From assembly GCA_004764695.1 (NCBI GenBank), contig SMSO01000032.1, positions 2,232,001-2,296,000 of the forward strand: a DNA stretch of 64,000 nucleotides. Reading direction: 5' to 3'. Position numbers and translations under genes: made by a program. Shown one piece after another: positions 1 through 10,565 of the stretch. Position 1 is the first letter of the stretch. Each line of letters begins with the position of its first letter. A model generated the notes under the pieces. The model was given only the letters and a program-made list of their open reading frames with translations. It had not been told where the DNA came from and made no database searches. The stretch comes from Schizochytrium sp. TIO01. Lineage: Eukaryota; Protista; Bigyra: Labyrinthulomycetes.

Positions 1-1320
1 CACTGTCGTTCCCTTACTTTGTTTTCTTCCTCGTTTCGTTATGATGCCCGCGGGCTTCGAGATCTTGCTTGGGCAGCGAGCAAGCGCCAACTGAGCTCGG
101 TGGATCGAAGGCAGGCAATCCAGATCCTCGACTTTGCGAGGACTCAGCCTCCCTGCGACTGGACAGATCCTAACTGGTCAGATCGCAATGTATCGATTCG
201 GGTTTGGTGCTGCTGTGGCGGCGTGCTCCACTTAGGAATTCCGTACCAATAGCGCACCTTAGAGTTGTGTAGTGAGATCTTAGCTGAGATGTAAACTTTG
301 CACAAAGTTTTAGGACTTCGCAAAGGTGGCGAGCGTACGCGTGGCCCATTATAACGAGCTATGCTGCGGCATTTTCTAACACGCAGTATGGAAAGAACTG
401 GAAACAAACACCAGAGGGCCTGTCCTTAGTTGAGGCTGACTCCTGACATCTTCCCCGATGCTGGTTGCATAGGCACGACGGTAGCACGAGTACTTCATGA
501 AGTTCGTTCACGTCGCACTTACACACTGTATTTGCTTGTGTATGGATGGAGACCAAGCTCTTGAGCAACAGTTTCGTTTGGCTTTCAGAGATCGATCGCT
601 TCTTCAACTTCGATGCATGCCGATCGGAAGACCACCGCGGCAGTCGAACCTTGAAGATGACAATCTTTGCAAATGGCAAGCGTCCGGAGGAGGCTGGGTC
701 TGATTGAAGTAGTGCGAATCGAGCTCAAGCTGGAGGTCGGGATCGATTGAGGGATTCCATTTCGTAGTTCTTCCCATGCCCAGAAGGAAGTAGTCGGTAG
801 GGAGTCGTATCATAGGAGGTAGCTAGCACGTGCGCCATTTCAACGTTCACAGAAGAAGCCTAAACTGAGGAAAGATGACGAGGTTGGTACCAACCAGTAG
901 CGGTAGAAGAGCAGTTGCTCGCGCAATAGGAGATATGGCACTGCGTGCAGAATAGGTCCTCTCTGAGAAGCGAGTATTGCTCCAGTTGCTTCAGGAGCAG
1001 AACTCTGCACGAAAATAATGATGTTGAGAGTGCGCTTGGATTGGAAGGCGCGCACTATCTTATCATATGCAGCGGGGCTGTTATTGGCCGAATACTAGGA
1101 GTCAGCCATCTCGCCAAAACGATGATGACAGGACTTCTATCAACTCGAAGCTAGCTGCGAGCTTGGAGGAAGGAAAGCAGGCAAGAACGAAGGAGTCTCG
1201 GAGAAAGCTCAAAATCTACGGAATGGCAGAAGAGGGTTCTGAACGAGGCACCTCAGACCAGATTCTTTGTAGAGCAGGGTGTAGTATTGTAATTTGTACG
1301 GAACAAGTTTTTCAACCTTA
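1..1320 (+). mobile_element. Degraded MULE/Mutator-type DDE transposase relic (boundaries uncertain)
   Basis: The fragment CMDGDQALEQQFRLAFRDRSLLQLRCM (from about 539) resembles the MULE second-Asp motif D-x-D-x-A-L-x(6)-F leading to the CxxH site. Weak first-Asp (about 280) and TN..VE (about 890-910) remnants sit at plausible spacing. Many stops and frameshifts; no TIRs found. Confidence 0.3.
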
Positions 1321-1899
1321 AGACGATAGCAGCAGGAAACAAACTGGGGTCGGATGCAGATTAAATCAATGGTAGTGGTATTTCCTTTACCAAGGCTTTT
1401 GAAAGCAATCGATCAAAGAGCCTCATTTTAAAAACTCAGGCCGCTCGGCTCTCAAGTTCAAGGTGGTTCTACAATTTCTCCTTTATTTTCAATCAATTCA
1501 TAAAGCAGAAGAACTGCTAGAGGGTTAACGAGGAGAACGCGTAGCACAGCTGTTAATTTTAAGCGCGAGATGGCTTAGGCGGCAGCCGTTTTCGTGATGT
1601 TTTTATTTTGAGGGTAACCTGCTAGCGAACACAGGAACGAGATTGCGAAATCAAGTTGGCGGGGCTGTATTTGAAGCTTGCAAAACCAGCCATCAACGCA
1701 TGGTTATTTGCAACACTTTTTATATTAAAACAAATTATTGTTATTTTTTATTATTTTTTATCATCATCATCATCATAACAATCAAAAGACAGAAACAATA
1801 GCTTCAGGGATCCAACAGCCGTGAATAATAACCGGTCAAATTTAGGCTTGAGTTTGAGGAGTCCTGGGCTAACTGCCATTGTAGTAGCCACTCATCATG

Positions 1900-2200
1900 T
1901 CAGAACTTTCCAATCATGGAGCTCTTTGACGCTGTGAAGCGAGGCCACGCGTATCCGGGACATAGTTCGCTACGTAACGGTTATAACCAATGTTAGCAGG
2001 TGCTATGGATAGTCATGATGGAGACTAAGTGCACAGTGTCTACGGGACAAGAGTCGTCGCATGGCCGGCGTGGCCATGTTTTTTCAGCAACGCCTTCATC
2101 ATGAGGATTGACCTGAAGAGTAATGCGCGTGACACGCGGGAAAATATGGAGTTCCTCCTGGCGAATTTCCTGAAGTAGGATTTGATGGTGCTCTCCTTCA
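1900..2200 (+). pseudogene. Possible DUF218/YdcF-like pseudogene fragment
   Basis: 2101-2178 translates to MRIDLKSNARDTRENMEFLLANFLK*, resembling the DUF218 motif I-x-L-E-x-x-S/A-x-D/N-T-x-E-N. Upstream fragments are broken by stops. Confidence 0.2.
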
Positions 2201-3783
2201 AAAGAAGCAGCTTTTGCCTTGGGAAGAGTACTGAAAAGGAAGAGGAGACTCAGAAGGAATTAAAAGACCAAACACCTTCACATCAACTCCAGCTTGCATA
2301 AATCATATGTTTGACGTTGTTATCTAGTACTGCGGCCGTAGGGCCTGACTCGAAACAATTACTTGCAAAAATGCATGTAGCTAAGATGCTTCTTTGAAAC
2401 TCATAAGTTATTGGATATTATAGAACGTAGTACAAAAGTCGCGCTTAGATGTACAATGCTTAAATTGTAGAGAGAAAGAAAGTCTGCTAGCTTCACTGGA
2501 GAAAATGAAAACGAATAATAAACTGGAGTGCACTACCTACTTTGTATATATGACGCCAATCATCATCTGACAATGATTATGGCATGGTCATGATTATAAC
2601 TTGAGGACATGTTAGGCACTTCAAGAATTTTGTGTGAACTAAATTTTAGAATCGTTAACATCTTTGCAGCATGTGACGAGAACATGGCCTAAGTAAATTG
2701 AACTGTCCAACGTATCGTTGAAGGTGGGACCTGACTTGCCCCTTTTGTTTGCTTTGTTAGAAATATAGACGTCCAACACGTCGTGGATTTTGTGGGGGGA
2801 AAATGAATTGGACTAAAGTGTGGGGTGTAATCTCAGTATTGCTTTTGATTAGAGCATTGGGCTTCTATTCAACGTTGATATGTCTCATCTATTTCTCTTT
2901 TATTTAAAAAAATAATTTAGGACAGAAATGCTGAGTAAATAAATCCCAAAACCCTTATATGTCTACAGCTTTGATACATTAAGACATTAAAAGCAGAATT
3001 TGTATATTTTCAGAGCGCCAAAACGTGAAACACTCGGTGCACAGACTGCAGGAACCTTAAATTTGACCTTTAATTTTGAAGGACATGGTGCAAAATCCAA
3101 GCTTAGAACAAATTCCGTCTTCAGCCGTCAGAATTTCGAATATCCCCCACCAATACTCTAAATCCTATAGAATGGCTGGTACCAGGGCAAGTGCGCTCCA
3201 CTGCACTTTTTTGTCGAATGCTATTGAGCGCAGCAAAACATATTCTTCTTAGTAACTAGGATAGCACCTAGGATCAGAAGCATTCCTAAGCTCGCTCCTT
3301 AGTACTTGATAGGATATTCTACCAACACATCTACGCTTTAATCTTCTTGGCAGCTTCCGGTCACAAACTACGATGCGTCTCCTTAACGTCATGGCTACTA
3401 GCATCGACAGAGTTCATGATCATAAATCCATCAGTATCTGAGTTATTTGCCTCTAGAGGAGCAGCAACAGCTGCAGCAGGCACCTTAGCTAGACTATAGA
3501 AGACCCTGCAAAGCAGAAAAATCTTTTGATTTTAAAGTACGGTAGGGCTCCTTATAGTTTTAAATAGATAAACCCGCAAAAAATATAGATATAGATATTC
3601 CAAGAAATGGCTGTTAGGATTGCGAGACCTGGAATATCTAAACCCCGAAAGGCCTAACGCTGCAAGCAGCGTTGCGAAGGCCATCGGCAAGGATTCATAG
3701 AAAAGAAACGCGTGAGCATAAAGAAAGTTGGTAAAACTCACTTTCAGGATCTTTGACTTCAGAGCTGCAGGAACCTCAGCTCC

Positions 3784-5431
3784 ATGAGACGTATCAGCGT
3801 AAACCTCGTCGTCCCACTGCTAGCCTATGCAGTGCTGCTCCTGGGTATAACCAACGTCGCGGCAGAAGATGTTCAGTCTCTGAGAGCATCGGAAGATGGG
3901 AGTAGCAAATTCCGCCCAAACGTTGTGATGATTGTGGTGGACGACCTTGGATGGGCTGATCTTGGATTTCGCAACGATAACCAAATCAAAACCCCGAACA
4001 TCAACACCCTCTACGAGCGTGGCGTTGAACTTACTCGATACTATGTCCACACCGTGTGCTCACCAAGCCGCGCTTCTCTGATGACAGGACGCTACTCGCA
4101 TCACAATGGAGTTCATAACTGGCTTAAGCCGGCTGGAAATATTGCTGTGCGTCCCGAAGAAATTTTTCTGAGCGACCGCTTCAAGGATGCCGGCTACGAC
4201 ACTTACATGGTTGGTAAATGGCACCTTGGTCACCACAAATGGAAATATCTTCCGCATTACCGTGGATTTGATTCCTACTACGGCTTTGTGACTGGAGGAG
4301 GTGACTACTTTTTGGGACGCGCCAATGTTGATCGAATTTGGTATCATTATTTGGAGGCAACTGCTCCTCATTGTAATGCTGAAACTTGTGTACGTATTCC
4401 ATGGGAAGCTGAGAATCGTTACTCCACTGATGTTTTCTCTGAAAAGGCTGTTGAAGCTATTAATCGCCACGGAGAATCAAAGTCTGGCAATCCATTTTTT
4501 CTCCTGGTGACCTACCAAGGTGTTCATGGTGGTGGTTTTCAACCTAATCAAGTTCCTCTTCACTACGTGGAGCCTTACATGCACTTTCCCCCTGGTAGAC
4601 GTCGTCAGTTTGCTGGAATGGTTGCAGCAGTTGATTATGGTGTCGGCAATATTACCAAGGCTTTGCATGACAATGGCTTTACTGATGACAATACTCTCAT
4701 TATTCTTACTACTGATAACGGTGGTCCAATCAACACTGGTGATGCTTGCGGTAGCAGCAACTACCCATACCGAGGAGGAAAACACTCATTATACGAGGGA
4801 GGTGTTCGTGGTACTGCATTTGTCACTGGATACGGCATTCCAGGCAAGGGAGTGTATGACGGTCTTATGCATATCACTGACTGGACTGCAACCCTTGCCG
4901 ATGTCGCGGGCTATTCTTTACGCACCAACCTTCCTTTAGACAGTGAATCTCACTGGGCGCATCTTACCAGCACCCCAGAGAGTCTCATTAGAGAGACACC
5001 AGTTCGTTCCGAGGTTGTTTTGGGCAATGTTTCTGACCATGGCAGAGGTTTTGGAATGATCATCGACGGCCACGATGGCAAACAGTGGAAAATTATTTCA
5101 GACTCGCCTGGCTATCCAAACCAATGGTCTACCCTCGACCTTTATGGCGAATCCGAGAATGAGAACCTTCAGGGACCTGACACGCCTTGCGAAGGAAGGA
5201 TTTTGCTTGTATGAACTTACCTCTGACCCTCGCGAGCGTACCGACCTTTCACAAGATGAAGCCTATGCTACGGTCCTGAAAACCCTTAAGCAACGTTTAC
5301 TTGATGAATGGGATACTTCTTATGATATTCCTCGTGATTGTAACATTCAGCCAATCGCGAAAGACCATGAACGAGTCGGTGCGACGTGGTGGCCTTACTG
5401 TCCGAACAATGCAGTTGCTGTAGAGCAATAA
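3784..5431 (+). CDS. Secreted arylsulfatase (S1 formylglycine-dependent, ARSB/ARSI/ARSJ-like); +1 frameshift near 5191-5195
   Basis: Signal peptide, PNVVMIVVDDLGWAD, CSPSRASLMTGR (CxPxR), GKWHLG, TTDNGG and SNYPYRGGK motifs. The conserved C-terminal CLYELTSDPRERTDL lies in the +1 frame (ORF 5075-5431). Joined product about 548 aa. Confidence 0.93.
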
Positions 5432-6493
5432 ACTTCAATCGAATTTTAAGCATGGCACTACAAAACTAGTAAGTTTAGCTATATTGTGAAGGCGACTCAA
5501 CTACCCTTAGCAAATACCAAGCTTTCTATTTTAAGAGATTTCAATGGCATATATATACATATTCTTGAACAAAAAAACTCTCGATGTGCTGAGAGATGTA
5601 GCTGGTCAGCTAAAGATTGACAATGAAGATGAAGGCGAGATGCTTAAAGAAGGCTTAATGACCTATAACTTTGAAGAGTTAGCAATCAGCTGTCCTTGGG
5701 ACATCATATCATAATTGGAAGGCAAATACATGTTTGATCTGTGCTAGACGCAAGTGACGAGGTTAGGTTAACTCGTCACTTCTACCATCAATTCAGATTC
5801 TACCAATACTTGATTTTAGGGAATGCGTATGTGTATACTTTTGGATCATGCTACCACGTAACTAGATTGTCTACTTATATCTATGCAACTCCTAAATCTT
5901 TGAGCTTTCAGAATAAAATGCCTAGAATTCCAGCAATGTCTTGTCCTCTAGTTTCTAGAATTGGAGATCTCAGCACGATGATATGTTTCCTTCAATTTCA
6001 CTCCTTGTCTTTCTTGATTTATCTACATTATTAAGTACCAATACCTACTTAAACTACACTCACTAATGAGGGTGATCACTCGTAGAACTGGGATTTACCC
6101 TACTTGCTTCAATTTTTAATTATTTTTTAAATTTAATTTTTCTTAATTACATGTTAAAGTTATTTCTATCAATTTCATCAATAGGTTGTAGAAGACTTGC
6201 CTACGTATGATCGCCCACGTGGGAGAATTTCTCCTTCAGCCCTATGCACTATAAACATTTTCAAAAGAATGCAGGCATGCTACAATTACAGTGGAGTTAA
6301 CCTGCTTCTATTTGCATTTGTCACTACAATTATCAATACTAAAATGGATTTATTCCTCCAAGCCATCAACGGCTATTTTTGAAGTTATGGGGCCTAGCAT
6401 AATGGAGGGGATAGTACAAGCCTCATGTACAACAGAGTCGCAAGGGAAGCATTGCATTCTTTGATCACTGTATAAATCAGATCAGGCGCCAGG

Positions 6494-7282
6494 ATGGCTT
6501 CACTTTCGCATGCTGAGGTTCAGGAGCTTCTTCGAAGAGCACAAAGAATTACCCAAGGATCTTCTACAACACGCCAATTCTCACAGCAACACTCATCAAA
6601 CACAGCGCAAGGCTCAGGATATAGAACTCATAACCAAAACGTAAAACGAGCTGTTCACGATAAACCTTGGGGCTCCCGCGGGAAAGATGCAAAGTTATCC
6701 TCTAAGTCAGTTAATAAAGTCAAAATCCCGAAGGTTGGCCCTCAGCATCGTCGTAACCATGGGCAGGACAATGACAGTGACACTAGAATATTTGAGTATC
6801 GCCCGATGCGAAAACCAGGTTGGCAGATTGAGGCTGAGGCTCGAGCTGAAGAAACTAGTATCGAGATGAAACAGCCTCCAATCAGGCGCTCTAACTTTAA
6901 CAACTTAGAGGCAGAAAAACGAAAGCTGCAGCTCCAGTTCCAATTTAAAGGTGGGAAGGCTCTTCCAAATGAGGGACTTCCCGGCGAGATGAATGGTCAT
7001 ATTCCCATGAATCTTATTCAAAGAACTGCACCTCGCAAGTCATTTCGAGCATTGGAGCAAGAGTCAAAGACCGCGTATAATTCAAAACGCCAACGTTTGC
7101 AAGAGCTAGAACGTGATTTTGAGGAGGTCATGGTTCTCGTCAAATCAAAGCAAACTTTGTTAGACTCGATTCCACCAACAAGCTTACATTCTATTGCAAA
7201 GGTCCGTGGTCAGCTGCATGAATTGCTTGAAGAGTCTCGAAACATTAATGAATTAATTGAACATGAACGAGCTTCGCCATGA
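6494..7282 (+). CDS. UPF0193 (EVG1/C22orf23)-like coiled-coil protein
   Basis: 262-aa ORF. The LEAEKRKLQ segment and the C-terminal helical hairpin (FEEVMVLVKSKQTLLDSI...LHELLEESRNINELI) resemble the UPF0193 pattern. Confidence 0.5.
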   Translation: MASLSHAEVQELLRRAQRITQGSSTTRQFSQQHSSNTAQGSGYRTHNQNVKRAVHDKPWGSRGKDAKLSSKSVNKVKIPKVGPQHRRNHGQDNDSDTRIFEYRPMRKPGWQIEAEARAEETSIEMKQPPIRRSNFNNLEAEKRKLQLQFQFKGGKALPNEGLPGEMNGHIPMNLIQRTAPRKSFRALEQESKTAYNSKRQRLQELERDFEEVMVLVKSKQTLLDSIPPTSLHSIAKVRGQLHELLEESRNINELIEHERASP

Positions 7283-7890
7283 ATGGTCCCATGAACCACA
7301 TAGAAGCCAAAAACAAGAAACAGGATATTTCTCCAGAGATGAATATGTTTTCGATATTCCTTTGAAGCTAGCCAAAGCTTTTGAAATGATCATGAGGAAT
7401 AGAACTCGCGTATTGTTTCCAATGCATGATTCGATAATGCCTTCGTTTTTTGAGCTCACAAAAACAGTTAATTTGGCGCCTGAATAATCGATACTAAGTA
7501 CACCACCTTCTATTTTTCCCAACTGTATGTGCAATAAAATTTTCTGCTGCAGAGGGATATACCGAAATTATAATAGAAATTTTCCTCCTCGCTTTTAATA
7601 GACTATGCTGAATATCTACGTTTGCAAAAACATCGCGATAAATTGAGCATACTTATTTATATATAATATATAAACTAAAACTCATAAATTCTTAAGTCTG
7701 AACTTTTGTCTGAGTCGAATACGAGGCAGCCAAGAAGAAGTATGCGCAAAACCAAGATTTATATGCTGTTTTTTTTAATTGGACGAAGAGTACGTATAAT
7801 GTCAAGTAAGGGAATCAATGCTAGCCCAATGCATGAACAAGTAAGTGCTGGATATATTCAGGGCACAATGTCATGTGTGATGCAGTAGGC

Positions 7891-8676
7891 CTATTCCTGG
7901 GTGGTGGTGCGGTCACATCCGCACAATGACTTTAGCTGGTCCACGACTACTTGAATCGAATCTTGGTCATCCCTCTGAGACTTTGGACGAGCTGACCGGC
8001 GACGTGAGGAGGAAGACAGGCGCGAGCTCGATGTTGAGCTGCGCCGGGAGCTTCTTTTAGAAATTCTTTTCCCTGCATCTTCGTCCAATACGGCCAGATC
8101 ATCCCTAATTTCTTCATGAGCATTGTCTTCAATCGTGTGTTGGATATGCTGTTCAGAGTCCTGATCATGAGCCCCAGCAATATCACCCGTAGCTATAGAG
8201 TCGTCTGCGGTGTCGTATCCGTCATTTGGTGCGCCTAAAGGCTCGAGCTCCTCATCTTCGCAGAGTTCTTCGAGATGAACCATCATCGAGAGAGCCTTTG
8301 TTAGGTCTCCAGCATGGAGCTCCTCTGTAGAAATAGAATCTGGGAGCATGAGACGACGACATGCGTCCTGAAACTTGACCATGTTATCTCTCGCGTGGAA
8401 AGGCCGTAGATGCGGAGGGCTCTCACGAACATTCTTGAAGGTTTTGACTCCACTGTCTGGAATTCGTGCCATGATCGAGCATAATGCTGTGCCATCTGCA
8501 AGGTCTTCAGCAAAGTATCTTCTTCGTACCCGCACACCCGTCATATCTGTGAGCCAACTCGCATAGTGCTCTAACATGGCCTTATTTTGCAGTGCCATGA
8601 GCTCCTCTCGGTCAGCAGTGTACCTGGTAGACTTTGTACGCAGCCTGAATCGCTGCGAATCGAAAATCCGTGACAT
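7891..8676 (-). CDS. Single calponin-homology (GAS2-type CH) domain protein
   Basis: WL...FAEDLADGTALC...FHARDNMVKFQDACRRL matches a CH domain with the GAS2-like F-x-ARDN motif. First ATG at 8676; acidic and Ser/Arg-rich tail. Confidence 0.75.
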   Translation of the reverse strand: MSRIFDSQRFRLRTKSTRYTADREELMALQNKAMLEHYASWLTDMTGVRVRRRYFAEDLADGTALCSIMARIPDSGVKTFKNVRESPPHLRPFHARDNMVKFQDACRRLMLPDSISTEELHAGDLTKALSMMVHLEELCEDEELEPLGAPNDGYDTADDSIATGDIAGAHDQDSEQHIQHTIEDNAHEEIRDDLAVLDEDAGKRISKRSSRRSSTSSSRLSSSSRRRSARPKSQRDDQDSIQVVVDQLKSLCGCDRTTTQE

Positions 8677-10565
8677 GCTGCCAAACCTGTTCGTTGTCTG
8701 TACAGACGCTCGCTTTCCTGCTGCCAAGCACCAGGATCACTACGTTTTCCTGATCAAAGAATTATTTGAAGGATACGTCAATATGTCGTCAAGCCCTCGA
8801 GGTCTTTGACCTTTGCTTCGCCGTACAGTATTGCTGCTCCTTCAGCTCGGCACTCATTCATTTCTTCCTCAGTCCTCTTTTCACTCGTTCTGAGCCCCGT
8901 ACTCTTAGAAATTATGCTAAATAGAAAAATATTTTAGCTACCATTACCTACCTACCTCCTGAAAAAGTTACACAAAGTTGAACGCTATCACCATAATTTT
9001 GCAAATCATCCTAGCTACTAACCCCATGAGAGCAAAGTCAAAATACAAACTCCAAAGTTCACACTCCGCAAAAAGACAGACGTACCCTTGGCACCATACT
9101 ATCTTATCGTATTCGCCATCCCTCAATACCTTTTGTTGACAGACATAAGGACTAAAGATGAGGAAGACACCATCCTTGCAGCGCGTGCCGGTCAGAGTCC
9201 TAGTCTTGTTTATTCCAATCCCCTAGGACTTAGGGACCCACCGTTCTGTTCTTCTGTGGCCACAGACACACTGCTGATTATATTGAAGTTGACGAGGTGT
9301 GCGCTTGCTCAAGGAAGGATTGGGATCATACTCGCTTTTCCCTTCAAGTTGGCTATTTCGCTGCTACCTACGATCTAGCAATAGTAGAAACCTTATTTGC
9401 GTTCAAGCTTATTCAAGACTACCAAGCAAAGGTAAGGTTCTCCAGATTAGCAAGCGACGCGCAAATATTCAACTTTCGCCCAAACGAAGTGTGCACTTTT
9501 ATAAAGTGAAATGAATGAGCATCAACATCAGCTCCGACATCTCATTTCTCCTAGCTACAACACAAGTTTGGTTGCACGTTGGAGGTAGTAGTAAAAGTTA
9601 ACTTAACTTCTGCATCTTAGAAACACCAGAACCCTCCAACCTGAAGGCACACCTTGATTCAAGCCGGGAGAAGCTCGGAAAGTCGTTCCAGATTGAGCTT
9701 TAAAAAGTTACTCTTCTAATGAAAGTTAGTATGAGTGCCTCTTGACAATCGCTCGATTCACCTTTCCCGCGTACATAACAGCCTTGAGTAAAATCCGCAA
9801 GACAGCCCTAAAGCACTACCTAGGTACGACTAGTGTGATATGGGTGATTGTTTTGAGTTTTTGTCCAAGTCCAAAGATTGATATTTGACTAAATAGAGTG
9901 GTGCAGGTCTTTCTCCTCTCGCTGCCTACATCTATTTGGAAATACAATAGATCTTCATATTCTTGACAACGAAACACAGCAATTGCAATTCATTTCGGAA
10001 GAAATTTAAACTTCCATCAGTGAGCGTGTGATACGAAAACTCGCGCGCTCACTGCACACTGACTCTGCTCGATTGTAAATCCTGTTAAGGCATGAAAGTT
10101 ATTGCAGAGGCACTCCACCCCACTCGCATTGCCGTAGTCCTATTTATCAGTTTATACAGCGAAAGGGTCGTAGGTAGTACTCTATCAGCGAGAATGCCTT
10201 AGTTACATGAGCGTGCTACGGATTATTATCTGCTTCACCCTTACTGCGAAGAAATAATAAGATCATCTATTTTTTTATAGTATAGTTCAACGTTTCTCGA
10301 AAACAATGCCTAGCAATCAATTCATTTTATATTTTAAATTAGAAAAAATCAACTTCTACTATGACGCATAGGCCTACGATGGCACAACTAGTGTGAACGT
10401 GAATCCACGAGAGAAACGCGTGAATCGAGATTCACGCGCAGATTGGAAAACTCAAAGACATCCTAAAACTACAACTAGAACTTCTTCTCGGGTTACTCCG
10501 ACAGTATCTAGAATTATATCTATCCCTAAAGTAAAACAAATTAAGCAAACGCGTGTTGGAGGTTT

